57,984 bases of DNA from a virus (taxonomy: Duplodnaviria; Caudoviricetes). Below are positions 47,429 through 56,400 of this stretch, in pieces. The stretch's first letter is position 1. Each line of letters starts with the position of its first letter. The translations under genes and the position numbers were made by a program. Location of the stretch: positions 1 to 57,984 of IMG/VR virus record IMGVR_UViG_3300027792_000211; one strand, 5' to 3'. The notes beneath the pieces were generated by a model. It made no database searches and was not told where the DNA came from. It worked only from the letters and a program-made list of their open reading frames with translations.

Positions 47429-48777
47429 TTCACCGCTTTCAATAATGCCAATATTCTCCATCTTGACGCCGCCCATGCGATAATACTATCGGGGTAATGA
47501 TCATCTATTTTATCAATTATTCCTTGATCGGCGTTTTTGTAATGATATTTTTTCATTTTATCCTGAAGGATTTTATCTTTAATATTTATTAAATCATTTT
47601 CAAGGTAAAACCTAACCACATCTATTCCCGTGTCTTTCCATTTACTAAAGGCTATAGGCATTACTACAGTTGGAACCCGTTTATTTTTTAATATAGATTT
47701 TAAGGTAATATATGAATCTTTTGGATTGCTATCACAATAAATAACTTGTATCTTTCTTTCAATGCATATCTCGGCAATATCTTTGCACCGCTCATTTAAT
47801 TCTCTATATTCCCACGGGTACGCTTCAGGAACATTTATACTTTCTTTATCATCTTGAATAATACTTAAAACTGTGCAAGTATGGCCCCAATCCAATCCGG
47901 CCTCAACTGGTATTTTAGGATTAAATTCTATTTTCATTCCTCGTCTATAAGCTTTGTCTACAGTTTCAAAATCCCATATAGAATCCCCGATTTGAGGTCT
48001 TTTCAATAAATATTCTGCATCCCACATGGCTTTAGTCAATTGGCGTTTTCTTCTTCTTAATTCCTCTACACTCCAAAAGCCAAAAGGTTGTTTGATATCT
48101 TCCACACACCATTGATATAACCTTGCCCCTTTTTCGTGTCTTTCGTCGATTACTTTAGTCATAAGCCCGAAAGCGTGATGTAAAGTCGATGATATCAATA
48201 TATTGTCTCGAATCCCATGATTTTCCTTGGGCTGACCTAAAGCCGCATCATAGATTTTTTCGTCCATTTCGTCAAGTTCATCAAGGCGCAACTTTTGAGG
48301 ATGAGGGCCACGCACAGACTTAGCCGACGCCGCCAAAGCCGTTACCCAAGACCCATTTGTTAATTTATAACCTCTACCCGCTACATTTCCATTAGCTAAC
48401 ATATAATTTGGAACACCCGGTAAATTCCACAAATAATCAAGATATCCGACGGCTTTTGTGGATTGTTCCAAACTACCCCCTAAAATGGTTATGCCGCATT
48501 GAGGCTTAAATAGACTTTCCAAATATGACAAGCCGCTTAATGTATAGGTTTTACCTGATCCCCTCATTGCATACCAAATGGAAGAATCAACTTCCTCTGC
48601 GTAAGTATCCCATATAGCATCCAAAATGGAATCGTGATCATTACAACAATTGGGATAAGGAAATCGCATATTTAACACAATTGCACAATATAAATGTAAA
48701 TGCTCTTTAGTTTTAGGGGCTATTGTCTCGAAAGTATCGCCGACATCCACGACATTCAATAACTTACACTGGCTCAT
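47425..48777 (-). CDS. terL: Terminase large subunit
   Basis: RGSGKT, VRG, LDELDE, GLDWG, DDHYPDS. Confidence 0.9.
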   Translation of the reverse strand: MSQCKLLNVVDVGDTFETIAPKTKEHLHLYCAIVLNMRFPYPNCCNDHDSILDAIWDTYAEEVDSSIWYAMRGSGKTYTLSGLSYLESLFKPQCGITILGGSLEQSTKAVGYLDYLWNLPGVPNYMLANGNVAGRGYKLTNGSWVTALAASAKSVRGPHPQKLRLDELDEMDEKIYDAALGQPKENHGIRDNILISSTLHHAFGLMTKVIDERHEKGARLYQWCVEDIKQPFGFWSVEELRRRKRQLTKAMWDAEYLLKRPQIGDSIWDFETVDKAYRRGMKIEFNPKIPVEAGLDWGHTCTVLSIIQDDKESINVPEAYPWEYRELNERCKDIAEICIERKIQVIYCDSNPKDSYITLKSILKNKRVPTVVMPIAFSKWKDTGIDVVRFYLENDLINIKDKILQDKMKKYHYKNADQGIIDKIDDHYPDSIIAWAASRWRILALLKAVK

Positions 48778-49264
48778 TCTCTTGCTTCGCCGCCTCTAAT
48801 GCTTCCTCATTTAGTACCTGGAAAGCCTTTTTAATTTTTTCGTCGCTAAATTCTCTTTTTAACCCGTCAATGACCTCATTAACAAATTCTTTATCTAATC
48901 GTCTAAAATTATTAGGGTCCAAATTACATAAAGCATAAATTAGTAAACTCGGTTGGCTCCTAGCATACTTTTTAGTTATCTTCTTTTTAGTGCCAAGATA
49001 ACTTTCTTCATAGGTTACTTCGTCATATTCAAAGCCCATTGCTTCTTTCCAAAGGCTTTTTTTGAGTTTATTTACCAATTTTGTTTTAGAATGGCTTAAT
49101 GCGTCCGCAAAGTCAGAATATCTATTTTGATATTCGTACATTGTAGTTCTACTGATATTTAATTTTAAAGCTATATCATCAATTGATATACCTTGCTCAC
49201 GCCACGCAATGATTTCATCGCGCATAAACTTTATTCGTTTTTCATATTCGGACGGTCTTCCCAT
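48764..49264 (-). CDS. terS: Terminase small subunit (HTH)
   Basis: MGRPSEY, IA..L.ISRTT.Y, L.K.A.G, directly upstream of terL. Confidence 0.8.
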   Translation of the reverse strand: MGRPSEYEKRIKFMRDEIIAWREQGISIDDIALKLNISRTTMYEYQNRYSDFADALSHSKTKLVNKLKKSLWKEAMGFEYDEVTYEESYLGTKKKITKKYARSQPSLLIYALCNLDPNNFRRLDKEFVNEVIDGLKREFSDEKIKKAFQVLNEEALEAAKQENEPV

Positions 49265-49266
49265 TT

Positions 49267-50451
49267 TTACTCATCCTTTTTAAATTTATTGTATCTATTG
49301 ATTATAACATCACAATAAGCCGGATCTAACTCCATAATATAGCATTTCCTATTAAGTTGTTCACAAGCAATTAATGTAGAACCTGAACCACCAAATAAAT
49401 CTAATACTATTCCGTTTTCTTTTGAAGATATTTGTATTCTATTACTAATTAAATCTAAAGGTTTCATTGTTGGATGTAAATCGCCTTCACCTTCTCGACC
49501 CTCTTCTTTTTTCGATATATAATATTTTTTATATATATCAGTAGGTTTTAGAGAGTTATTCCAAATTCTTTTTTTACTATCTGCAAAATATAAAATATAT
49601 TCAATGTCGGGTAAAAAGGTATTGTTACTCCATGGCGTGGGATTTGATTTGCACCAAACTAATATATTAAAATTAAATTCATCAAATATTTTCAAATAAT
49701 CTTTTATCCCATTCTTAGATGTACATATATAAAACGTACCTATATCTAAATTAACAAAATGGGATAACTTATTTACATCAAATTCAATGATGTCATTAGT
49801 TCTTTTTTTCATATTCTTAGTTGATTCTTTAAAACAACCTAAACCACCCATTTGCATATCGTAAGGCGGATCGGTAAACATCATATCTATTTTATTATTA
49901 TTTATTAATTGATTTATTTGATTTATATCAAAACTATTTCCACACATTAAAACATGATTACCAAGTAAAATAATATCACCAAGTTTTGTTTTTATATTTT
50001 TTCTATCAACAACACCATCGAAATTATCGTCTTTTACTTTGACTTCATTAAATTTATTGGTTAATTGTTCAAATTCTTTAGAATCAAACCCAGTCAAGAA
50101 AAAATCATTCTCAAAATTTAATTTCAAATCTTCAAGGATAGTATTTAATTTTTCTTCATCCCAGGTCCCTTGAATTTTATTTAAGGCTATATTTAAAGCC
50201 TTTTCTTCTTTTTTATTTAATTCAAGTTGAACTACATCTATTTCAGTATAACCCAAATCCTTTAAAATTTGGACTCTTTGATTACCGCCAATTATTGTAA
50301 AATCCTTGTTTACAATAACCAAATCTACATATCCAAATTTTTCAATAGAAGCCTTAATTTTTTTATACTCTGAATCTTCAGGTGTTAGTTTTTTCCTGGG
50401 ATTATACCCAGGAAATATTAATTTATCTATATTTACTTTTACGATTTTCAT
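49267..50451 (-). CDS. ParB-like domain + N6A/N4C DNA methyltransferase
   Basis: YNPRK, GGNQR; TDPPY, HPTMKP, DLFGGSGST. Confidence 0.9.
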   Translation of the reverse strand: MKIVKVNIDKLIFPGYNPRKKLTPEDSEYKKIKASIEKFGYVDLVIVNKDFTIIGGNQRVQILKDLGYTEIDVVQLELNKKEEKALNIALNKIQGTWDEEKLNTILEDLKLNFENDFFLTGFDSKEFEQLTNKFNEVKVKDDNFDGVVDRKNIKTKLGDIILLGNHVLMCGNSFDINQINQLINNNKIDMMFTDPPYDMQMGGLGCFKESTKNMKKRTNDIIEFDVNKLSHFVNLDIGTFYICTSKNGIKDYLKIFDEFNFNILVWCKSNPTPWSNNTFLPDIEYILYFADSKKRIWNNSLKPTDIYKKYYISKKEEGREGEGDLHPTMKPLDLISNRIQISSKENGIVLDLFGGSGSTLIACEQLNRKCYIMELDPAYCDVIINRYNKFKKDE

Positions 50452-50458
50452 ATTATAC

Positions 50459-50803
50459 CTAATCCTCCGTCAATCTATTTAAAAATTTTATTGCAATTAT
50501 ATTGCATTCTTCGGCATTCAGTTGTGTATTGTCCATGATTAGCATGGCTAAATTACTTTGCCAACCATAATAAATACTACCCCCGGAATGATCTTTTTTT
50601 AATTCATTCCTAATTACTTTCATAGCTTCTTGATAAGTTATATCTTTTTTATTTAATTGATTCAAAGCGTATTTAGTGGCTTGTATGTCTGATTCTTTAT
50701 CTCTATCACAATCTCTTACCGCTAAAAAAATACATTTTTGTCTTTCAAGAAGCATTACTTCTTCTTTAGTAAGTTCTAATTTTTCTAATTGTTTTTTATC
50801 CAT
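50459..50803 (-). CDS. Hypothetical phage protein
   Basis: YYGWQSNLAM motif; ORF in operon. Confidence 0.65.
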   Translation of the reverse strand: MDKKQLEKLELTKEEVMLLERQKCIFLAVRDCDRDKESDIQATKYALNQLNKKDITYQEAMKVIRNELKKDHSGGSIYYGWQSNLAMLIMDNTQLNAEECNIIAIKFLNRLTED

Positions 50804-50804
50804 G

Positions 50805-51500
50805 TTAATCCTTTGCTTGCTTTATTAATAAGATTAATCCCCATATATTCAGGCCTCTATTTGCTAATACCTCAAATTCAGGAATCCATACCTTATTTGC
50901 ATAATTTGAAACGCTTTGTAATACCTTTATAGCTCTTTCTTTCTCAGAACTTATATAATTATAAGTAATACCGAAAAATTCATAAATAGTTTTGGCCATG
51001 GTTAAAGCTAATAACTCAATTTTATTAAAATAATCTACGACATCCCTTTCGTTATCATGGAACATAATCTCGATAAGCGAAGCCGGGGCGACAGTTTCTC
51101 TTAATTCTGCTAATCCTATGTCATATAATACGCTGTCAGGCATACAACCGCGGTCGGCACTAATAGTAATAGGGGCTATTGCGTTATACATCATTTGTGC
51201 GAATCTTCGCCCTTCTCCTACGTCTTCATGATAATAATAAATCTCGGTTCCTGCTCCACCACCAGCATTACTATGTATAGCAAAGTGAAAATCTGGATTT
51301 TTAGCGTTTGAATCCTCAATTATTTGAGCTAGTGACATATTCGGGTTATTCCGATAAATCGTAATACCTCCCTTGCCTTGATTCATATACCAAATAAGTT
51401 TATCGCAAAACTCATTCATTCGTCTTTCTTCATCCCCATAATTAAGGACCCCCGTGTTATTTTCTTGTGCGCTTGGACTTAAATAAATTGATTTACCCAT
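50805..51500 (-). CDS. N-acetylmuramoyl-L-alanine amidase (Amidase_3), endolysin
   Basis: IYLSPS.Q, EE, AIHSNA, GTEIYY, ELRET.APA.LIE..FHDN. Confidence 0.88.
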   Translation of the reverse strand: MGKSIYLSPSAQENNTGVLNYGDEERRMNEFCDKLIWYMNQGKGGITIYRNNPNMSLAQIIEDSNAKNPDFHFAIHSNAGGGAGTEIYYYHEDVGEGRRFAQMMYNAIAPITISADRGCMPDSVLYDIGLAELRETVAPASLIEIMFHDNERDVVDYFNKIELLALTMAKTIYEFFGITYNYISSEKERAIKVLQSVSNYANKVWIPEFEVLANRGLNIWGLILLIKQAKD

Positions 51501-51639
51501 TTTTTATTATCCCTTCCTTTCTTAAACTTCTTAAAATAACTTCTTTGATCGAAATATCCCTTTTTACACAATAATTTTTTAGTTGTCTGTGTTCCTCTTT
51601 ATCCATAATAAAATTTACTGATTTTTCATTTAATTTCAC
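51493..51639 (-). CDS. Ribbon-helix-helix protein (48 aa)
   Basis: Manual translation MKLNEKSVNFIMDKEEHRQLKNYCVKRDISIKEVILRSLRKEGIIKNG (GTG start). Confidence 0.6.
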   Translation of the reverse strand: MKLNEKSVNFIMDKEEHRQLKNYCVKRDISIKEVILRSLRKEGIIKNG

Positions 51640-52042
51640 AGTTCTTCACCACCGTCATTAAGGAATAACCATCAACTAGGCCAATTATAGTTACATTTTG
51701 GCCTTTTTGCAATGTTGCTAATTTATCCTTTTGATTGGGTTTAAAAAAACATAACACATGATTGTAGTCCTGACCTTCAATAGTTATGCTTTGACTTCCT
51801 AACATATCCGAAATATCATAGACATTTCCTGTTAGCTCTATCATTCGACCTTTGTATAATTTATCGGCGTTGATCTCATTAGCCTTATAAGTATTTGCTA
51901 AATCAATTGCAGTAATCTTTAATATTTCAGGTATCGGGGTACTTGTTGGGACAGGGGTTGTTGATGGTGTAGTATCACACATAGTCAATACAAAAATCAA
52001 TACAAAAATAATCCCCATCACAATAAATAATTTTTTTAACAT
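51626..52042 (-). CDS. Membrane-anchored OB-fold protein (tRNA_anti-like) with Pro/Thr linker
   Basis: N-terminal TM, TTPSTTPVPTSTPIP, ITA.DL...Y.ANE..AD..YKG..IE.TG.V. Confidence 0.8.
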   Translation of the reverse strand: MLKKLFIVMGIIFVLIFVLTMCDTTPSTTPVPTSTPIPEILKITAIDLANTYKANEINADKLYKGRMIELTGNVYDISDMLGSQSITIEGQDYNHVLCFFKPNQKDKLATLQKGQNVTIIGLVDGYSLMTVVKNCEIK

Positions 52043-52072
52043 TAATTTAATTCTCCCTTCTTTATTTATTTA

Positions 52073-52102
52073 ATTATATAATGTAAATAAGGATGGTGTC
52101 AA
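52073..52102 (-). promoter_or_regulatory. SigmaA-type promoter for the OB-fold/RHH/endolysin genes
   Basis: TTGACA-18-TATAAT on the minus strand. Confidence 0.6.
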
Positions 52103-52105
52103 AAA

Positions 52106-52333
52106 ATGATAGAAAAAATTTATTTAAAACAAATAGGAATCGAGGCCTTACAAGCCTACTTAAAAAACAATGATATTCAAGGGATTTTGGCGGTTGTACA
52201 TGATAATAGCGATTTATTTTGGATATTTAAAGCCTTTAGTATTATATTAAAAAAAGTAGATCTAAATATACATGATGAAAATTTATATGATTTAATTAAA
52301 GACGTCTTGAATAAAAATGATGAAATGATATAA
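52106..52333 (+). CDS. Hypothetical protein
   Basis: AAGGATGG RBS, isolated plus-strand ORF. Confidence 0.55.
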   Translation: MIEKIYLKQIGIEALQAYLKNNDIQGILAVVHDNSDLFWIFKAFSIILKKVDLNIHDENLYDLIKDVLNKNDEMI

Positions 52334-52434
52334 TTAAATCAGTGCATATTAACGTTATATTTAAAAGAATTACTACAGAAATAAAAAAGCCTCTCCCCCC
52401 TAAAAAAAAGGATTGGCTTTTTTATTATGCCTCT

Positions 52435-52746
52435 TTAATCGTCGTATAAAAAGAATAATCTAGTTATATCTTCGGGCTTATGTCCATCCCACTCCGGCGC
52501 ATTGGGTAATTCTTTAATATGATTAAAAAGTTCCCAATATTTTATTTCACAATGGTATGTATAATCACCGACCGCCGTCGTTATACCGGCTATAAAATAA
52601 TCTTTAAACATGGACCCATCGGCGTGCAACTTTGACCGCCAGGCCATTTTTTTATTTTGTCTGCATATTATGGAAAACAAAATAGTTCTATGATAATATA
52701 ATTCTTCAAATGTATGATAACCGTCATAACCGTCGCTTTGATTCAT
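52435..52746 (-). CDS. Conserved phage WDGH-motif protein
   Basis: DGYHTFEELYYHR...AWRSKLHADG...TYH...PEWDGH. Confidence 0.8.
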   Translation of the reverse strand: MNQSDGYDGYHTFEELYYHRTILFSIICRQNKKMAWRSKLHADGSMFKDYFIAGITTAVGDYTYHCEIKYWELFNHIKELPNAPEWDGHKPEDITRLFFLYDD

Positions 52747-52976
52747 TCGATCAACCCTTTCTTTTTTTTATTTATATATTCTTCTCTTTCTATGCGGACC
52801 GTCTCCAACATGTTTTTAATTACTCTTTCAAAATCAGTTTTGTAAGTTATATCGTGGATACACATTGTTTGATGTCCATCGAATTTAAATTCTTTTATGA
52901 CAATTATTTGTTTTTCGTTAAATATGATTTTTTCGTCATATTTTAATAAACTGATGATCTCGTAAAACTTCGACAC
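52743..52976 (-). CDS. Hypothetical protein
   Basis: Coupled ORF. Confidence 0.5.
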   Translation of the reverse strand: MSKFYEIISLLKYDEKIIFNEKQIIVIKEFKFDGHQTMCIHDITYKTDFERVIKNMLETVRIEREEYINKKKKGLIE

Positions 52977-53692
52977 CCTATTATCCTGTTCAATTTATCC
53001 CGAATCATATCGCCGGGATAAATGACATCCTTCCTTCCCTTTAATTTACCGGCACACATGGCCGATACAATATAAATAATACCTTCTTTAAACTCAGGAA
53101 ATACCCCGACTTCAATTGAGTCATTTGTTGTTTTAATTATAGTTACATCGCTATAATTCTTATCAACTATGGTAAATTCACCATATTGACAAAATTGTTT
53201 CTCGTTTCCTTTTACTATTTCTTCGCACCGGGCGATAAACCCGGAGGGCTCAATAACAATATCCCCTAAAATGATATCATGCGAGGTATAATTGACAATT
53301 TGTACTGGGTTAACAATTCTATTAATTATATCTAATGAATAAGGGGTATCATTGTAATCATTAAATTCATAACATCTTATTCCGTCGATGCAATAACCAT
53401 AACGGTCCATACCATTTACAAGTATAACAATGTCGTCTTTTGTAGGTATTCCCTGGTTTTGATATGAAAAAACTTCGCTAGGATATATTGTAATATCTTT
53501 TCTTAATTTAAATTTTTCTTTTAATTCCTTAAATTCTGTTTGCAATGGCACAACTGACCCGTCAATATGATATGAATCATACCATTGCATCCATTCATCC
53601 GTGTTTAACTCTGGCTTTTTTGGGTCCTTTTCCATAATATCATTAATTTCACTCGTTTTACTTACAATAATTAAGTATCTCATTAGTTTCAC
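52943..53692 (-). CDS. Hypothetical phage protein (C-terminal NxTxH...PSG..AR domain)
   Basis: VNYTSHDI, EPSGFIAR, YIVS, RD...IIGC. Confidence 0.65.
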   Translation of the reverse strand: MKLMRYLIIVSKTSEINDIMEKDPKKPELNTDEWMQWYDSYHIDGSVVPLQTEFKELKEKFKLRKDITIYPSEVFSYQNQGIPTKDDIVILVNGMDRYGYCIDGIRCYEFNDYNDTPYSLDIINRIVNPVQIVNYTSHDIILGDIVIEPSGFIARCEEIVKGNEKQFCQYGEFTIVDKNYSDVTIIKTTNDSIEVGVFPEFKEGIIYIVSAMCAGKLKGRKDVIYPGDMIRDKLNRIIGCRSFTRSSVY

Positions 53693-53705
53693 TCCTTTAT
53701 ATATT

Positions 53706-53730
53706 AAAAAAGGGTTTAAAAACCCTTTTT
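53706..53730. terminator. Intrinsic terminator after the SSB gene
   Basis: AAAAAGGGTTT-aa-AAACCCTTTTT. Confidence 0.65.
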
Positions 53731-53731
53731 A

Positions 53732-54277
53732 TTAAAATGGTAAATCTTCTTCCTCCTCTGGCTCTTCTGTAAAATCATCAGCGGCATTAAAGCCGGTTTG
53801 AACTTTTAAAGTAGATTTTCCTAATACCTGAACACCTTGTAAAAAACAAGTTAATCCTTTTCCATCATTGTCATATGCTCCGATTTGAAACGAAACCTTG
53901 CCATAATTACCAACGATATCGTCGTCTGATCCTGTCCATGGTTGTTTTAAACCATCAACCACGGTAATATCAAATTGTGTTCCTATTTTTATAAAATAGT
54001 TTCCTTTGTACATTTCAACTTGACGACCTTTTTCGTATAGAATTTCGGTGTATTCATCACCGTCAACCAGCGGATAATGATCCTTTCTGCAAAGTTTATT
54101 TTCTTTCCATAACTTGTCAAGAACCTCTTTTAATTTTTTTGCTTCATTAGAATTTTTAGGGAACATAGCCGTTACGCTATATGTTAATTTGTTTTTGTAA
54201 TTTTGTTTTTCTTCGAGATGTGGATAAATTAACCAAACTTTTCCAGTTACATATTTGACTTTTTCGCTTTTTGCCAT
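53732..54277 (-). CDS. Single-stranded DNA-binding protein (T7 gp2.5 / DUF2815-like)
   Basis: YPHL, YSV, PL.DGD, AY...GKG....L.GVQ, acidic tail EEEDLPF. Confidence 0.85.
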   Translation of the reverse strand: MAKSEKVKYVTGKVWLIYPHLEEKQNYKNKLTYSVTAMFPKNSNEAKKLKEVLDKLWKENKLCRKDHYPLVDGDEYTEILYEKGRQVEMYKGNYFIKIGTQFDITVVDGLKQPWTGSDDDIVGNYGKVSFQIGAYDNDGKGLTCFLQGVQVLGKSTLKVQTGFNAADDFTEEPEEEEDLPF

Positions 54278-54329
54278 TATAAATCAATCCTTTCAATTTT
54301 TCAGTTTAATTTTTTGTTACTATATAAAC

Positions 54330-54369
54330 TATACCATATCTATTTTCAAATGTAAATAGATATGGTATA
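54330..54369. promoter_or_regulatory. Back-to-back promoters inside a 16-bp inverted repeat
   Basis: TATACCATATCTATTT-N8-AAATAGATATGGTATA; minus strand TTTACA-17-TATAGT, plus strand TGG-TATAAT. Confidence 0.7.
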
Positions 54370-54402
54370 ATAAAAATAAAAATATTTTTAGGATGTGATT
54401 TT

Positions 54403-54558
54403 ATGAATTTTAACAAAGAAATAAAGCCAAAAACCCATACAAATATAGGCCTGTATTTACCTATTGAAACCGTCGAACACCTTAGAAAACTGAGTAAACA
54501 ACAAAAAAAATCAATGAATAAAATAGTAGAAGAGTTAATAAAAAAAGAAAGCCTCTAA
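54403..54558 (+). CDS. Ribbon-helix-helix protein (51 aa)
   Basis: Manual translation MNFNKEIKPKTHTNIGLYLPIETVEHLRKLSKQQKKSMNKIVEELIKKESL. Confidence 0.75.
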   Translation: MNFNKEIKPKTHTNIGLYLPIETVEHLRKLSKQQKKSMNKIVEELIKKESL

Positions 54559-54571
54559 GCTTTCTTTTTTT
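54541..54571. terminator. Bidirectional intrinsic terminator
   Basis: AAAAAAGAAAGC-ctctaa-GCTTTCTTTTTT between convergent genes. Confidence 0.8.
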
Positions 54572-54606
54572 ATTAAATATGATTGTGCAATTTGCCTTGT
54601 TTGTGT

Positions 54607-54939
54607 TTAACTACATTCTAACATTTTTATTACTTTAAAGGAATACCCTATTTTTTCTATTTCTTCCCTGGAAAGAATTACCCCTTCTTGCGACCTAGCA
54701 TGTAATTTAAAACATAGTGCATATTGTCCGGGGGTTTGTTTAAATTCTTCGCGGTTTACTGGTACTTCTACACCTAATAATTCCGTTAATACCTGGCTTG
54801 TGCTTTCATGCCCTACATAAGATATAGTGTTATTTGGACCAATCATTCGTAAAGCCTTTTCTAAACTCACACTCCACATTTCAAAAGACCCATCCGCGGT
54901 TAAAATTGTAGTGTTAAGTATTGCTAATTTTTTCATCAT
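54607..54939 (-). CDS. acrIII-1: DUF1874/YddF-family protein, AcrIII-1 viral ring nuclease
   Basis: ILNT.I, SYVGHEST...L..LLG..V.VNR, KL..R..EG.IL..EEI..GY.F match the DUF1874 pattern. Confidence 0.85.
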   Translation of the reverse strand: MMKKLAILNTTILTADGSFEMWSVSLEKALRMIGPNNTISYVGHESTSQVLTELLGVEVPVNREEFKQTPGQYALCFKLHARSQEGVILSREEIEKIGYSFKVIKMLECS

Positions 54940-55804
54940 ATATTTTCTCCTTTACTATATAAGTTCGATCATTCTTTTTCTCAATAAGATTTCGCTTTAC
55001 CAACTCAGGTATTAAATTTCTATATTCAAATCTGGTTATTTTTAATTCTTCCATTATTTTACCTGATTTTAAATTATCTCCAACCGATAATTTACTAAGA
55101 TAATTTTCAAATTTTTTTAAATTAGGATTTTCTAATAATAATAATTTTGGTTTTTCCAAGTTAGGTTTTTGGTTTTTTGGCTTTTCTCCTAACTTTTTTG
55201 GTTCTTCTAAATTAAATCCTAACTCATTATATTTGGTTTCAATGAATAACTTTGGTTTATAAGTTAGGATTGCAAAAATCATTGAAGTTATAGTAATTTG
55301 GTGGTGCTTTTCTTTAATCCCAAACATAATATCAAATCCAATTAATGGCGATTTGATCGCCAAAATATCAAGGATAATACACACAGACCATATAAAAATA
55401 ACATTAACCGAAATATCCAAAATCCAATCATAAAAAGGTAATATTTTTAAGCCTGGAATAACCCTATATATTTCTGATAAAGCCTTTTCATGCTCTAAAA
55501 CAGTCTGAGCATTATTTGTAAAAAAGGTCATTGTAGATATTATTGATACAAACATGAGTATATTAGCAAGTCTATTGATTAACACATAATGCTGAGGGGC
55601 TTCTCTGGCTATGTAATTTTTAGTCATAGATAAAAAGAAAACTGAAATTTGGATTATTACAAAAATCCCTATCATTATAATCCTTATATAATCAGTAAAA
55701 CTCATAACTATTGGCACTAAGGTGGCGTATGTCGAAAACACCGCCGAAAAAATCCCAAGTAGAATTAAAAATAATCCAACCATTATTTTAAATAATTTTT
55801 TCAT
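54914..55804 (-). CDS. Multi-TM membrane protein with C-terminal winged-helix-like domain
   Basis: Four hydrophobic segments, KP-rich linker, C-terminal IMEELKIT..Y..L..LVKRNLIEK. Confidence 0.7.
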   Translation of the reverse strand: MKKLFKIMVGLFLILLGIFSAVFSTYATLVPIVMSFTDYIRIIMIGIFVIIQISVFFLSMTKNYIAREAPQHYVLINRLANILMFVSIISTMTFFTNNAQTVLEHEKALSEIYRVIPGLKILPFYDWILDISVNVIFIWSVCIILDILAIKSPLIGFDIMFGIKEKHHQITITSMIFAILTYKPKLFIETKYNELGFNLEEPKKLGEKPKNQKPNLEKPKLLLLENPNLKKFENYLSKLSVGDNLKSGKIMEELKITRFEYRNLIPELVKRNLIEKKNDRTYIVKEKIYDEKISNT

Positions 55805-55805
55805 C

Positions 55806-55943
55806 CTATCTTTTCGCCTCCTTACTTTTTATATAATCATCCATTAGTTTTTTAATTACATTACTCATGGATCTACCATCGCAAGCCTTTATGAATTCCT
55901 GTTTAAAATCCTTACTTACTAAAATCCTTATTTGATCATTCAT
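55806..55943 (-). CDS. Ribbon-helix-helix protein (45 aa)
   Basis: Manual translation MNDQIRILVSKDFKQEFIKACDGRSMSNVIKKLMDDYIKSKEAKR; AAGGAGTG RBS. Confidence 0.8.
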   Translation of the reverse strand: MNDQIRILVSKDFKQEFIKACDGRSMSNVIKKLMDDYIKSKEAKR

Positions 55944-55966
55944 ATTTTTTATCACTCCTTTATAAT

Positions 55967-55995
55967 ATTATACAATACATTGCAATGTATTACAA
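55967..55995 (-). promoter_or_regulatory. Promoter with an 18-bp perfect palindromic operator
   Basis: TTGTAA-17-TATAAT; AATACATTGCAATGTATT (55974..55991) fills the spacer. Confidence 0.75.
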
Positions 55996-56400
55996 GCCTG
56001 TCTTTAAATAGTCTTCAATTTTACTCTTCTGCACTTGCAGAAGTTTAGCTCTTTTAAACCCTGGTACTAAATAGCCTCTCTCAATGGCTAATTTACGCAC
56101 TCTTTGGGCTTTATCTTCAGAGGATAAACCAAGATCATTCCAGACTTCTTTGTCAGTTTTATAATATTGGCCATCTTCGTTGTTTTCTAAAACATATCGT
56201 AAGTAAAACGGTAAAATTTGATTTACGGATAATACCGCAAGGTTTACATTGCAAACCTGTTTTTCATATATATTTTTATTTTGCGTTTTTTGGAAGAAAA
56301 AACGCCCTGACCCTGTTCCCACCCAGGGTTTAGGAAATATTTTCACTTCCGCATTCGGTAATTTCTGCATTTTCTTTTTCTTCCACAACAATTCCAACAT
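55990..56400 (-). CDS. Hypothetical protein downstream of FtsK
   Basis: GGAGG upstream; overlaps the FtsK 3' end. Confidence 0.6.
   Translation of the reverse strand: MLELLWKKKKMQKLPNAEVKIFPKPWVGTGSGRFFFQKTQNKNIYEKQVCNVNLAVLSVNQILPFYLRYVLENNEDGQYYKTDKEVWNDLGLSSEDKAQRVRKLAIERGYLVPGFKRAKLLQVQKSKIEDYLKTGL

Noticed and set aside
21646-48938. Numerous plus-strand ORFs of 60-170 aa opposite structural and sugar genes (e.g. 21646, 24999, 30246, 43882), and minus-strand ORFs such as 10258..10770
   Set aside because: Antisense shadows of well-supported genes, with no RBS or motifs
49267-50451. ParB partition system
   Set aside because: The ParB-like domain is fused to a DNA methyltransferase upstream of terS, a common phage arrangement; no ParA is present
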